Notes: generated from the sequence alone by a model not told the origin. A stretch of 64,000 nt of DNA from an uncultured Puniceicoccaceae bacterium (GCA_963933835.1 CAWVVV010000005.1:1-64000); one strand, 5' to 3'; numbered from the stretch's first letter, positions 48,657-59,517 are shown. Made by a program: numbers and translations.

Positions 48657-50460
48657 CTAATAGCTTCTAAGACCACAGCGCGGACTGAGGCTGCGCTCCT
48701 CGATGTATTGCTCAACAAGCTCTTCGAGGATATACAAAGGGACAGAACCATTCGTTAGCACGACTTCATGGAATTCTCGAATGTCGAAGTCGTCGCCTAG
48801 AGCCGCGCGCGATTTCTCTCGCAGCTCAAGAATCTTTATCATCCCGATTTTATAGGCTGTGGCCTGTGAGGGTATCACAATATGCCGCTCAACCATCTTC
48901 ACACACTGTCTTTCTTGGCTACCCGAATTTTCAACGTAGTAGGTGATCCCTTCCTCGCGAGTCCATTTCTTAGCATGAATTCCCGTATCAACGACTAAAC
49001 GACAGGCTCGAAACAGCTCCATCGACAAGCGCCCAAAGTCCGAGTAAGGATCTAAATACAATCCCATTTCTTTCGGCAAATACTCACTGTAAAGTCCCCA
49101 GCCTTCACTATAGGCAGTGTATCCACCGTTGGTTCGAAACTTCGGCAAGTCATCAAGCTCCATAGCAATCGACAGTTGCATGTGATGCCCAGGAATAGCT
49201 TCGTGATAAGCTAAGGCCTCCAACTCGTATTTCGCCATGCTCTTCATGTCATAAAGATTTGCATAGTAGATCCCTGGGCGACTGCCATCAACGGCCGCAC
49301 GTTGATAGAAAGCGAGACCCGCCGTTTTCTCACGAAAGGCCTCAACTCGCTTCACCTTAAGCTCAGCTTTGGGCAGGGCAACAAAAAGCGTATCGAGCAG
49401 ACCTCTCATTTCATCCACAACGGCATGCGTTCGCTCTAAATAGGCGTCCCTTCCAGCATCCGAATCATCGTAATAAAATTGTTCATCATTTTTCGTGAAT
49501 TCGAAGAAAGCCTGTAGGTCCCCTTCAAATTCAACACGTGTCATCAATGCGCGAATCTCATCATGTATGCGAGACACCTCATCCAAGCCTAGTTGATGAA
49601 TCCCGTCCGCGGTCATATCGGTCGTCGTCGTCAGACTTCCAAGCCCCTGACTCATCTGTCGCCCGGAGCGATTGCTCTTCGAGGAAAGCGATGAGGCTTT
49701 CATAGGCTGGCTTCACACTATTTATCAACGCCTCTTTTGCTCTCTCCAGAAGAGCTGCTGAAACTTCTAGATCAAGATCGAGAGCAGCTACTTTTTCTTT
49801 AAAATCGACAAGCAGAGCGCACTCAGTCGCTCCTGTCTCAAAAGGCACACCACTGATTATATTATGGCAGGCATCCAGTGCGTGGGGGAAGACAAAGCGA
49901 GGAGGAAGGATGCCCATGCCTTCCCGTATTTTCAGTCCCTCAATTTTCTGCGCAAAAACCTCATCGAGCTTCGAGAGCCGCGATATGTATGCCTCCGCAT
50001 CGCTCAAGTCGGTCACTAAATGGGTGTTGATCAAGAAGGCTGGTTTCCCTGAGTGAAAGCCAAACATTTGATTAACTGGGTAGTTGTAATGCCGGTATTT
50101 AAAATTCCGAATACGGTCCTCGTAATTCTTCTTCGCCATTCGGTAACTGATCTGAGTCTGAGGATCGAGGAGATCATAATCGATCGTCTCTAAGAGCTCT
50201 TTGAATTCCCCCTTTTGTTGCTCGAATCGTTCTAAACTCGCCTCTTCCGAATAATCATTCCACGCGCCGTAGTCCTTCTTAATCCCCAGATAACTTTGCC
50301 ACTCAGGATAGCGATCTACGCCTTCATTATATGTTTTTTCAAAGAAGGCGTTCGCTTTTTTCGACTCAGCCTCAACCGATGGGTCCAAAACATCTGCACC
50401 ATTCGAAGTGAGACAACTAAAGAGCAGAATCAGGGGCGCGATCTGGCAGATTTTTTTTAT
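48657..50460 (-). pseudogene. DUF885 family lipoprotein, frameshifted
   Basis: The N-half has lipobox LLFSC (probable start codon reads ATA at 50460) and ends ..GAWK. The C-half TTTDMTADGIHQLGL..HEAIPGHHMQ..EGWGLYSE..LVVDTGIH..QATAYKIG is in another frame. Junction near 49630. Confidence 0.85.
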
Positions 50461-50568
50461 CAGAAAAGGTCTTATCTCACGAGGGCACGCTACTATAGTT
50501 CCGTGCAGGGACTCATCATTCAAAATTGAAATTATGCGGTCAGCCCTCTTATGCGATAATGAAAAAAG

Positions 50569-50961
50569 TCTGGCCGCGGTGTCGGGATGGACGTTGTGAA
50601 ACAAAACATAGAGTCGATGAGAGGCGTCGTCTCAGTCGAGTCTACGATCGGTAAAGGCACCATTTTCAAAATCAAACTTCCTCTCACAACTGCCATCATT
50701 GACGGACTCATCGTCCGCGTCGGTGAGGACAAATTCATCATCCCGACCCACACTGTGCAGGTCACACTTCGCCCGAAAGCAAAGCAGCTCACGCGCACCG
50801 CAAATCAGCGGGAGATGATCAACAAACAAGAAGTCGTGATCAAACCCCTTGGCGACATCGTGGGTGAACTTCAAGGCATCGCAGGCGGCGCCATCCTAGG
50901 GGACGGCTCCATCGCCCTCATTCTCGACCCTGCAGCATTAGTGCAGCAGGACGTCGCGTGA
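50569..50961 (+). pseudogene. cheA: 3' remnant of chemotaxis kinase CheA
   Basis: SGRGVGMDVVK..IE...G......GKGT.F.IKLPLTTAII..; KQEVVIKPLG..GIAGGAILGDG.IALILD; no Hpt or dimerisation domain, and the CheW domain is shortened. Confidence 0.88.
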
Positions 50962-50984
50962 GCGAGGGTTCTGCTCGCCTGACT

Positions 50985-51977
50985 CTAGCGACTCCACTCC
51001 AGCATCCGATTAATCGAATGTGAGGCGGGTTCGCGGAGGGACTCTTTCATCTCGATCGCAGGTGCCAAATTTTTCAGGGCGTCGCGCATCTTCTCGAGGG
51101 TGTTCATCTTCATGAAGCGACAGTCATTGCAGGCACAGGTTTCAGTTGGACCAGCGATGAAGCGTTTGTTCGGAAACTCTTTTTGCAGGCGGCGAATCAT
51201 CCCTGTCTCGGTCACGACGATGATCGTGTCAGATGGCGTCTCGCCGCAGAACTTGATCATCTTCTCTGTGCTGCAGACTTCATCAGCAAGATCGCGCACC
51301 GACTCGGTGCACTCGGGGTGAGCCACCATTGGAGCTCCAGGGAACTTGTTCCGCAGCTTGGTTAATTCGTCCGCTGAGAAGAGCACATGAGCGTAACAGC
51401 TTCCAGGCCAGAGCTTCATCTTGCGACCCGTCTGGCGTGCAACCCATGCCCCAAGGTTTTGATCCGGAACAAACAAGATCTCTTTATCCGCCGGAACCCG
51501 CTCGACGATTTTCACGGCGTTGCCGCTCGTGCAAATGACATCAGCAAGTGCCTTCACCCCTGCTGAGCAATTGATGTAAGAGACGACGTAGAGGTCGGGA
51601 TTCTTTTCCAAATACGCCTTTAGCTTCTCTGGCGGGCAGCTATCAGAAAGCGAACATCCCGCATCGGCGTCCGGTAAAATAACCGTCTTCCCCGGATTCA
51701 CGATCTTGGCCGTCTCAGCCATGAAGTGCACGCCGCAAAAGAGAATCACATCCTCCTTTGCTTCAGCAGCCGCATAGGCGAGCCCGAGCGAATCGCCCAA
51801 GTAATCGGCGATGCGCTGGATCGGCTCGATCTGGTAATTGTGGGCGAGGATGATGGCGTTCTTCTCTTTCTTGAGCGCCAGAATTTCTTCCTGCAACGCA
51901 CTGAGCGGGCGATCGCCCTGTTCGCTCAGGGGATTGAAGACCATCGGTTCAAAACTTAACTCGGCAGATGTAGCCAT
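50985..51977 (-). CDS. nadA: Quinolinate synthase
   Basis: ILAHNYQ, GDSL.LA, FCGVHFMAETAKI, AGCSL, YINCSA, AHPEC, C.FMKMNTL. Confidence 0.96.
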   Translation of the reverse strand: MATSAELSFEPMVFNPLSEQGDRPLSALQEEILALKKEKNAIILAHNYQIEPIQRIADYLGDSLGLAYAAAEAKEDVILFCGVHFMAETAKIVNPGKTVILPDADAGCSLSDSCPPEKLKAYLEKNPDLYVVSYINCSAGVKALADVICTSGNAVKIVERVPADKEILFVPDQNLGAWVARQTGRKMKLWPGSCYAHVLFSADELTKLRNKFPGAPMVAHPECTESVRDLADEVCSTEKMIKFCGETPSDTIIVVTETGMIRRLQKEFPNKRFIAGPTETCACNDCRFMKMNTLEKMRDALKNLAPAIEMKESLREPASHSINRMLEWSR

Positions 51978-52041
51978 TTTGCGAACCTAGCTTGAGTGCC
52001 TTGTCGGTCAACTCCGCGCTGAGGAATTGTCGCCCCAGACG

Positions 52042-52890
52042 TTATAAAGCCGCCCGGCAAAAAAAGTACCGGTCGCGCCCCGAGGCGTCGGCTTTGCTTT
52101 CGATCCCCATGAAGCCCGACTCCTCAGCGAGCGTCATCAGTGCGGTGTGCTGTGCAATGCCCGTTTCAAGTGCCACTAGGCCACCTGGACAAAGACATGC
52201 CTTCGCACCAGCTAAGATCTCGCGCAGGTCAACCAGCCCAGCGTCTGCCGCGACCAAAGCCACCTTCGGATCAAACTCCTTCACCTCGGGCTGGGCACTC
52301 TCCCACTCGGCTTCGGTCAGGTATGGTGGGTTGCTCACAATTAAATCGAAGGGCGGCTCATCTAAACCTTCAAACCAACTGCCTTCACGCCAGGTGATAT
52401 TATTCAAAGAACACAGCTCAGCATTTTCTCGCGCCAGAGAAAGCGCTTCGGCGGAACGATCCACTGCAATGATAGAGGCCTCAGGCCAAAGTGCCGCGAG
52501 GGCCAAGGCGATCGCACCACTCCCTGTACCCAAATCTAGAATACGCTCCGGAGGCTTCCGGGCTTCATCTCGAATAAGCTCGATGAGATCTTCCGTCTCA
52601 GGCCGAGGAATCAGGGCCCGCTGATCCGCCTTCAGTGTAAGCCCTGCGAAATCAACCGTCCCGAGGATATGTTGAAGGGGCTCCCTTTGAGCTCGCCGAC
52701 GAACGAGAGGACGAAGTTTGTCGAGAATCGCATCCTCCATTGGACGGTCGAATTTAAGGAAAAGCTCGAGCCGCTTGCAGCCGATCACCCCCGCTATAAG
52801 CCATTCCGCATCTAGACGAGGTGTCTCCAACCCTGCCTTCTCAAAGTAGGCGGCGGTGCGCTGGATGATCTCAAGTAGACTCGGCGGCAT
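52042..52890 (-). CDS. prmC: Release factor glutamine methyltransferase
   Basis: RR...EPLQHILG, LIPRPETE, LDLGTGSGAIA, VSNPPY. Confidence 0.95.
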   Translation of the reverse strand: MPPSLLEIIQRTAAYFEKAGLETPRLDAEWLIAGVIGCKRLELFLKFDRPMEDAILDKLRPLVRRRAQREPLQHILGTVDFAGLTLKADQRALIPRPETEDLIELIRDEARKPPERILDLGTGSGAIALALAALWPEASIIAVDRSAEALSLARENAELCSLNNITWREGSWFEGLDEPPFDLIVSNPPYLTEAEWESAQPEVKEFDPKVALVAADAGLVDLREILAGAKACLCPGGLVALETGIAQHTALMTLAEESGFMGIESKADASGRDRYFFCRAAL

Positions 52891-53002
52891 AACGGAGAGA
52901 AATAACTACAATATGAAAAGGCTACGATAAACGGGCTTGAATCAATGCAATCTTCGACGCAGCTTATCCAACGTTACACCAAAAACGACAATTGCGACCC
53001 CT

Positions 53003-53038
53003 GAAAGGCCGGAGCTCACGCTCCGGTCTTTCTTTTTT
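53003..53038. terminator. Hairpin between prfA and prmC
   Basis: gaaaggccggagc-tcac-gctccggtctttc followed by a T-tract on the + strand. Confidence 0.55.
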
Positions 53039-54131
53039 AAGCATCCGCGTTGGGCACCAGGTTTTCGATCTTGGCCGCACGGTCGGCCGCAAGGAGCGGA
53101 TCGATCACGGGATCAAGCACACCTGTCATGACTTCGGCCAAACTGTAGAGCGTCAGATTGATGCGGTGATCAGTCAGACGCCCTTGAGGAAAGTTGTAAG
53201 TGCGGATGCGCTCAGAGCGATCGCCGGTGCCGACCTGACTTTTCCGGTTAGCGGCGTATTTCGCATGCTCCTCCTCCTCTTTCTTTTCGAGCAGTCGGGA
53301 ACGGAGAACCTTGAGCGCTTTGGCCTTATTCTTCAGCTGTGAGCGTTCATCGGCGCACTTCACGATCGCACCGGTTGGCTTGTGCAGAATTTGCACTGCT
53401 GAGTCCGTCGTGTTAACGCCTTGCCCACCTGGTCCACTCGCCCGCGCAACCGTGATTTCTAGTTCGGCCGGATCAATATGGATATCGACGTCTTCCGCCT
53501 CAGGCAGAACCGCAACGGTTGCCGCTGAGGTGTGAATGCGGCCGCCGGCTTCGGTTTCAGGCACGCGCTGCACCCGGTGCACCCCGGACTCAAATTTCAA
53601 GCGGCGATAGACTTCTTCACCAGAGACAAGAAAGCTAATTTCTTTAAATCCACCTGCTTCAGACTCACTTGACCCGAGCGTTTCAATTTTCCAGCCCACC
53701 GTCTCAACGAAGCGCGCATACATCCGATACAAATCGCCTGCAAAGAGCGCCGCCTCATCTCCGCCCGTTCCAGCGCGGATTTCGATGATCGTGTTGCGGG
53801 AATCACTCGGATCAGGCGGGATCATGGCCGTCAGCATATCCTCGTAGAGCTTCTCCAGTTTGGCCTCAAACTCAGGAATCTCTTCCTCGGCAAGCGTCCG
53901 CAGCTCAGCGTCCATTTCCGGGTCGCTGACCATTTCGCGGTTCTCTTCGAGAGCCTTTCCCGAGGAACCAAACTCCTCAGCCAGCTCTAGTAGCTGGGAG
54001 AGCTTCTGGTGCTCCCTCGAAACGTCGGCGGCGCGGCGGCCGTCGCTGTAAAAATTGGGCTCGGCCATGAGTCCATCGAGCTCTTTGAGGCGAGCCTCAA
54101 ACGGGGCTAAATCTGGCAACTTTGCTATCAT
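53037..54131 (-). CDS. prfA: Peptide chain release factor 1
   Basis: [28 protein letters not shown] (PxT), [26 protein letters not shown]. Confidence 0.97.
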   Translation of the reverse strand: MIAKLPDLAPFEARLKELDGLMAEPNFYSDGRRAADVSREHQKLSQLLELAEEFGSSGKALEENREMVSDPEMDAELRTLAEEEIPEFEAKLEKLYEDMLTAMIPPDPSDSRNTIIEIRAGTGGDEAALFAGDLYRMYARFVETVGWKIETLGSSESEAGGFKEISFLVSGEEVYRRLKFESGVHRVQRVPETEAGGRIHTSAATVAVLPEAEDVDIHIDPAELEITVARASGPGGQGVNTTDSAVQILHKPTGAIVKCADERSQLKNKAKALKVLRSRLLEKKEEEEHAKYAANRKSQVGTGDRSERIRTYNFPQGRLTDHRINLTLYSLAEVMTGVLDPVIDPLLAADRAAKIENLVPNADA

Positions 54132-54291
54132 CGAATCGTCTTATCTGTCCAAAAGGGAAAATAAGGCGGCTTTGTTAGGAAATGACAAGGCCAGTAAAGA
54201 AACCATCGCACCGTGACGTTTTCTGCTTTCATCCCTTCGCCTTCGCAGATGGAGTGAAGCCTGCCTGAATCTAACCCGCATCGCTAGACCT

Positions 54292-55323
54292 ATGCCCGAA
54301 GATACCCTCCACCGCCAAAACATCGTCGCCTGTATTTGGGACTTCGACAAAACGCTCATCCCCGGCTACATGCAGGCGCCGCTATTTAAGCACTTCGGTA
54401 TCGAAGAGCGCGCCTTTTGGAACGAGGTCAACGCCCTGCCGGACATCTACGCCAAGCGTGGTGTGCGGGTCAGCCCCGAGACGATGTATCTCAATCACCT
54501 GCTCACTTACGTTCGGCACAACCGCATGGAAGGCCTCAACAACGCTCTACTGCGTGAGCTCGGCAAAGAACTGAAATTTTTCGAAGGACTGCCCGCGTGC
54601 TTTCCCGCCTTGAAAAAACTCATTCAAGAAACACCCGCCTATGCCCGCTTCGAAATTAAGCTGGAGCACTACATTATCTCTACCGGCCTCGCCGAAATGA
54701 TTCGGGGCAGCGCGATCTACCCTTTTGTTGAAACCGTTTACGGCTGTGAATTTATTGAAGAGCCTCTACCGCCAGACTTTGCGACCCAGGGAGAGTTTCC
54801 CATCGAAGGACCGACCGAAATCAGCCAGATCGGCCAGCTCGTCGATAACACGATCAAAACGCGTTTCATCTTCGAGATCAACAAGGGCACGAACAAGCTA
54901 GAGAGCATCAACGTGAACTCAAAGGTCGCGCAAAACGACCGCCGCGTCCCGATCCGCAATATGATCTACATCGCCGACGGCCCGAGCGACATCCCTGTCT
55001 TCTCCGTCGTGCGCAAAAACGGCGGGCGCACTTACGCTGTCTACGAACCGAAAAACGAAAAGGAATTCGCTCAGAACGACACCCTCCGTGAAAACGGCCG
55101 CGTGCATCACTTCGGCCGCGCCGACTACCGCGAAAAAAGCGATACCTACCTCTGGCTCTCGAATGCCCTCCGTAAAACCTGCGATCGCATCGTCGAAGAA
55201 AGCGAGCAGGCCCTCAACCGCCGCGTCGGCGACCCACCCCGGCACCTCCACAGGGACGAGCCCCTGCCACCAGATGGCCCCGCGCAATCGGAGATCTTCC
55301 CCCCAGATTCCTCCCAATCCTAA
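54292..55323 (+). CDS. HAD-superfamily hydrolase-like protein
   Basis: Motif [33 protein letters not shown]. Confidence 0.8.
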   Translation: MPEDTLHRQNIVACIWDFDKTLIPGYMQAPLFKHFGIEERAFWNEVNALPDIYAKRGVRVSPETMYLNHLLTYVRHNRMEGLNNALLRELGKELKFFEGLPACFPALKKLIQETPAYARFEIKLEHYIISTGLAEMIRGSAIYPFVETVYGCEFIEEPLPPDFATQGEFPIEGPTEISQIGQLVDNTIKTRFIFEINKGTNKLESINVNSKVAQNDRRVPIRNMIYIADGPSDIPVFSVVRKNGGRTYAVYEPKNEKEFAQNDTLRENGRVHHFGRADYREKSDTYLWLSNALRKTCDRIVEESEQALNRRVGDPPRHLHRDEPLPPDGPAQSEIFPPDSSQS

Positions 55324-55467
55324 TCCCACCCCTTTCAATTCCTTATAAACGCGCCGAATTAATAAATGGGCAGAACGCCGGTTTCATGCTCAGATCGTGT
55401 TTAATCAGAGCCCCAAAAAACTTACTGCCCACGGAATTTTTCCCCTTACTCCTCGCTCTCCCTAAAA

Positions 55468-55689
55468 ATGCTCCGAACCCTCACAGCCTACAGCCTGATC
55501 TTCATGCTCGCTGTAAACAGCCTCCTGTCCGCAGTGGGCGGAGCCGGTTTGTGTCTTCAAGCGTTGGATCATGGCCATTTTTCTTTCGGCTCTAATCCCT
55601 TAGCTACTGACGATTGCCACAGCAGCAAAACGGATTTGCTACCGCGAGAACGACAAAAAGCTGGAAAAAGTGTTTCAACAAAAGTTTGA
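55468..55689 (+). CDS. Short signal-peptide ORF with Cys/His residues, possibly a remnant
   Basis: MLRTLTAYSLIFMLAVNSLLSAVGGAGLCLQALDHGHF...DDCH; only 73 aa. Confidence 0.3.
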   Translation: MLRTLTAYSLIFMLAVNSLLSAVGGAGLCLQALDHGHFSFGSNPLATDDCHSSKTDLLPRERQKAGKSVSTKV

Positions 55690-55860
55690 GGCATCCGTTT
55701 GCAGGTTATTCCCACAAATCTGTATTAAATCTAGCGGTAATCTATCGCAGACCGCAATCATCGTATGCCTCTTTTTCAACAGATCAAAATCCAGCAATAT
55801 CCATTTTCGGCTCTTTTCTTCTTTCCCTCACGCCGATCTACGTTCTTCTCCTAATCTCCC

Positions 55861-56331
55861 ATGGCCAAAGTAGACCTCGATATCGTAAAGTATGTTCTTG
55901 AACACACCGATCAGTTTGATGTTCGGCAAGTTGCCAGCCTGATCGAGCAGATCAACAAGGCTCAAGAGGAGATCGATGCTGAGAAGCCGAAGACTCCAGC
56001 GGTGAAGAAACAGTTCGTCATTCTCGTATCGGACCCGAACAACGACCTCCCGGACAATGACTTTGTCGGCTGGGTTGCCCAGATCCCCGAAGACGACTCC
56101 CCTGCAACGACCGAGGAGCGCCTTAACAAGGCCGCCTACGAATTCAACACTACGCCGCGTGGTCGCAAACTCCCCGCCACCACGATCGGTGAAGCCTGCG
56201 AATCCGTCCCTGCACGCCTCCTCAAGGAGCACGATGTCTGGGTGAAAACGAAGGAGCCCGTCCTCATCGTGAAGTCAAGTAACGCCATCCCGATGGACGA
56301 CTTGAAATCCGAATCGCGCCAAGACATTTAG
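55861..56331 (+). CDS. Hypothetical cytoplasmic protein
   Basis: 156-aa ORF with coding-like codon bias; KKQFVILVSDP, GWVAQIPE, AAYEFN.TPRGRK.P. Confidence 0.75.
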   Translation: MAKVDLDIVKYVLEHTDQFDVRQVASLIEQINKAQEEIDAEKPKTPAVKKQFVILVSDPNNDLPDNDFVGWVAQIPEDDSPATTEERLNKAAYEFNTTPRGRKLPATTIGEACESVPARLLKEHDVWVKTKEPVLIVKSSNAIPMDDLKSESRQDI

Positions 56332-56434
56332 TCAGCAAATAGCGGCACAGGGTTAATAATTATAAATAATAACCCTCAATCTGCTGCTTTCGACTTGCAC
56401 CTCATTAGTTAGGGTCTTGCTTTAGCCGGTATCT

Positions 56435-57934
56435 ATGAGTGATTCAGATATCGGACTTATTGGCTTGGCCGTCATGGGCCAAAACCTCGCCCTTAACATA
56501 GCGGACCACGGCTTCCGTATTTCGGTTTTCAACCGAACAACGAGTAAAACGACGACTTTCGTCGCGAACAATCCGGACACCCCGGGCGGCCTCGTTGACT
56601 GCCAGACGCTGGAAGCATTTGTCCAGTCACTCAAGCGTCCGCGTAAGATGATCATTCTCGTGCAAGCGGGTGGTGCAACCGACGCTGTCATTAATGGCCT
56701 CGTCCCTCTCCTCGATGAAGGCGACATCATCATCGACGGTGGTAACGCTCAGTGGACGGACACGATCCGCCGCGAAAAGGAACTCACTGCTAAGAACCTC
56801 CGCTTCATCGGTAGTGGTGTCAGTGGTGGTGAAGAAGGCGCGCGCTTCGGCCCCGCTCTCATGCCCGGTGGCACTGAAGAAGCTTGGCAACACCTCAAGC
56901 CGATCTGGGAAGCCGTCGCCGCAAAGGTCGACGCCAAGACAGGTATCGAGCTCAAAGGCGCAGCCCCCGGCAAGCCGATCGAAGGTGGCGTTCCTTGCAC
57001 CGCTTACATCGGACCCAATGGCGCAGGACACTACGTCAAGATGGTGCACAATGGCATCGAGTATGGTGACATGCAGATGATCTGCGAAGCCTATGACCTC
57101 ATGCGTGGGGTTCTCGGCATGACACCGCCAGAAATGGCCACAGTCTTTAAGAAGTGGAACGAAGGTCGCCTCAACAGCTTCCTCATCGAGATCACCGCTG
57201 ACATCCTCGCTCAGGCAGACCCAGAAACCGGCAAACCTTTCGTTGACATCGTTCTCGATACCGCTGGCCAAAAGGGCACAGGTAAATGGACAAGCATCGA
57301 CGCCCTCAACATGGGTGTGCCTGCTCCGACCATCGCCGAGTCCGTCTTCGCCCGCTGCCTCAGCGCGGTGAAAGATGAGCGCGTGGCTGCTTCCAAGCTC
57401 CTCGCCCAGCGCGTTGTAAAACCTTACGAAGGCGACAAACAAGCCTTCATCGATGCGATCGAAGACGCCCTCTACTGCTCGAAGATTTGCTCTTACGCAC
57501 AAGGCTTCCAGCAAATGCGTTACGCTGAAGACGTCTACGACTGGAAGCTCAACTTCGGCGAGATCGCCCAAGTCTTCCGTGGCGGCTGCATCATCCGTGC
57601 TGGCTTCCTTCAGAAGATCACCGAGGCCTACGAGCAAGCTCCAGAGCTCGCTAATCTCCTCCTCGATCCATTCTTCCTCGAAACAGTTGAGAAGGCAGAC
57701 GCCAACTGGCGCGAAGTTATCGCGACGGCCGTCATGGCTGGCGTTCCAGCTCCAACCTTCAGCAGCGCCCTCGCTTACTTCGATAGCTACCGCAGTGCCG
57801 ACCTCCCGCAGAACCTCCTCCAGGCTCAGCGCGACTACTTCGGTGCTCACACCTACGAGCGTAAAGACAAGCCACGCGGTCAGTTCTACCATATCGACTG
57901 GCCTGACCCAACTCGTCCACAACTCGACTGCTAA
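56435..57934 (+). CDS. gnd: 6-phosphogluconate dehydrogenase (decarboxylating)
   Basis: [63 protein letters not shown]. Confidence 0.97.
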   Translation: MSDSDIGLIGLAVMGQNLALNIADHGFRISVFNRTTSKTTTFVANNPDTPGGLVDCQTLEAFVQSLKRPRKMIILVQAGGATDAVINGLVPLLDEGDIIIDGGNAQWTDTIRREKELTAKNLRFIGSGVSGGEEGARFGPALMPGGTEEAWQHLKPIWEAVAAKVDAKTGIELKGAAPGKPIEGGVPCTAYIGPNGAGHYVKMVHNGIEYGDMQMICEAYDLMRGVLGMTPPEMATVFKKWNEGRLNSFLIEITADILAQADPETGKPFVDIVLDTAGQKGTGKWTSIDALNMGVPAPTIAESVFARCLSAVKDERVAASKLLAQRVVKPYEGDKQAFIDAIEDALYCSKICSYAQGFQQMRYAEDVYDWKLNFGEIAQVFRGGCIIRAGFLQKITEAYEQAPELANLLLDPFFLETVEKADANWREVIATAVMAGVPAPTFSSALAYFDSYRSADLPQNLLQAQRDYFGAHTYERKDKPRGQFYHIDWPDPTRPQLDC

Positions 57935-57989
57935 AGCGGCACAGCAAAGAAAGACCTTTCAAAAGCTTTCTTCACACTCTCCCCAATCC

Positions 57990-58024
57990 AAGGCGCACGG
58001 TTCAAACCGTGCGCCTTTCTTTTT
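57990..58024 (+). terminator. Rho-independent terminator of gnd
   Basis: aaggcgcacggtt-ca-aaccgtgcgcctt followed by TCTTTTT. Confidence 0.85.
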
Positions 58025-58170
58025 GTCCGGAGGGGCGGAAACACCACACTTGATGCTCCTTGGAGTTCGCTCGCAACCGGCCTCATCGCAACCGGCTCAA
58101 CGACAAGGCATCAAGTCGTCACTAGCGAGCCGATCCTCTTTCTTCAGATCGAAATTGGGGAGTAGCTCAA

Positions 58171-59517
58171 TCAGCTAACAGTCGCCGTGAGCGATATCTT
58201 CACACCCCGACGAAGATAGGTTGGAACATCGAGATCCGAGCCTTCGTATAGATTCTCATCTGTCTTATCAAAGTAGCCGCGGTTTTCTTCCGCACTTGGG
58301 AAAGCAAATTCTTCCTGGTCTTTAAGCGCTTTAGCTTTACGTCCGAGAGATGGCTTGTGGGGCTTCGTCCATGTGGATGCGCGAGCCGGCTTCAAATCAG
58401 CCATTGGTGACGCCTCCAGAACTGCCTCAGTCACACTGCCCTCTGTATGGTCGGACGCCTTTTCAACTGTATCCAGCGCCTTCGATGCCGTGCGTGTATT
58501 TGATTTTAGAACACGGCGTGAACGTTTCACGGTGCGCTTTGTGCGATCAAGAGATGTCGTTCCGATCACTGTAATCGCAACTTTTCCAGTCATACTACCT
58601 TCGATCACTGCCCCGAGAACAACTTGTTCTTTGGAGCGGAAACGTTCCGTTACAAATTCGATGATTTCGCTCACCTTTGTCATTTCAAGTTCCGGACCAC
58701 CGGCGACATGAAGGATGAGACTATCCGTTTCGCGGATGTAGCGATTCTCTGGAAGGTGAAGGAGCGGGCAAACATCGAGCTGGCGAAGCGCTTCGGCGAC
58801 CGCATCGGGCCCCTCAGCTTCGGCGAAGCCAAAGAGCGTTTTGCCGCCCTGAAAAGAGAAGGCCTCTCGCAGCTTAGCAAAGTCGACATTGATCAACCCA
58901 TCTTCGGCAAGCATCGACGAGATGGCGCATACGCCGCGCCCGATCCAGTCGTCCGCGAGTTGAAAGGCATCCAGCACCGTCGCCTTTTCATCGATCTCTT
59001 GCAGGAGCAAATCGTTCGGCAAGGTAATGACGGCGTGGCAGCGCTCGCGGAGGGCACAGAGCGCAGTCTCTGCTCGTTTCGCATTGCGTGAACCTTCACG
59101 ACTGAAGGGCAAAGTAACAAAAGCAATTACAACGGCGCCAAGCTCACTCGCGATCTCGGCGACAACCGGTGCAGCGCCACTACCCGTTCCGCCACCTAGA
59201 CCCGCAGCGAGAAAAACGAGGTCTTGGCCTTCCAGAATCTTTTCAATTTCATCGGCAGCTTCCTCTGCCGCAGCCTTCCCTACCGCTTCATCATACCCCG
59301 CACTTAAGCCACCTGTGGCTTCTCGACCCAAGAGTACTCTCTCGGGCACTGGAGAAGACGAAAGCGACTTAAGATCGGTATTCAAATTGGCCAGTGGCAA
59401 TTTAATGCGTTGGGCCATCTGCAAGCGATCGACGGCGTTGTTACCGGCACCGCCGATACCGACGACCTTCATCTGCAAAGCTGGCAAGTCTTCAAGGCTG
59501 GGATCGAATTCGCTCAT
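58171..59517 (-). CDS. ftsZ: Cell division protein FtsZ (divergent)
   Basis: KVVGIGGAGNNAV, NTD, AGLGGGTGSGAAP, PF..EG, GLINVDFAK, C-terminal DLDVPTYLR; ATGA overlap with ftsA. Confidence 0.93.
   Translation of the reverse strand: MSEFDPSLEDLPALQMKVVGIGGAGNNAVDRLQMAQRIKLPLANLNTDLKSLSSSPVPERVLLGREATGGLSAGYDEAVGKAAAEEAADEIEKILEGQDLVFLAAGLGGGTGSGAAPVVAEIASELGAVVIAFVTLPFSREGSRNAKRAETALCALRERCHAVITLPNDLLLQEIDEKATVLDAFQLADDWIGRGVCAISSMLAEDGLINVDFAKLREAFSFQGGKTLFGFAEAEGPDAVAEALRQLDVCPLLHLPENRYIRETDSLILHVAGGPELEMTKVSEIIEFVTERFRSKEQVVLGAVIEGSMTGKVAITVIGTTSLDRTKRTVKRSRRVLKSNTRTASKALDTVEKASDHTEGSVTEAVLEASPMADLKPARASTWTKPHKPSLGRKAKALKDQEEFAFPSAEENRGYFDKTDENLYEGSDLDVPTYLRRGVKISLTATVS

Noticed and set aside
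50461..50604. N-terminal extension of the DUF885 ORF in the ORF track
   Set aside because: It is partly the antisense of the cheA stub, and the lipoprotein signal starts near 50460.
56627..57922. 431-aa antisense ORF inside gnd
   Set aside because: It is a shadow ORF caused by the strong codon bias of gnd and has no recognisable motifs.
58068..58097. Tandem tcgcaaccggc(c)tca duplication between gnd and ftsZ
   Set aside because: There are only two short copies and no other support for a function.
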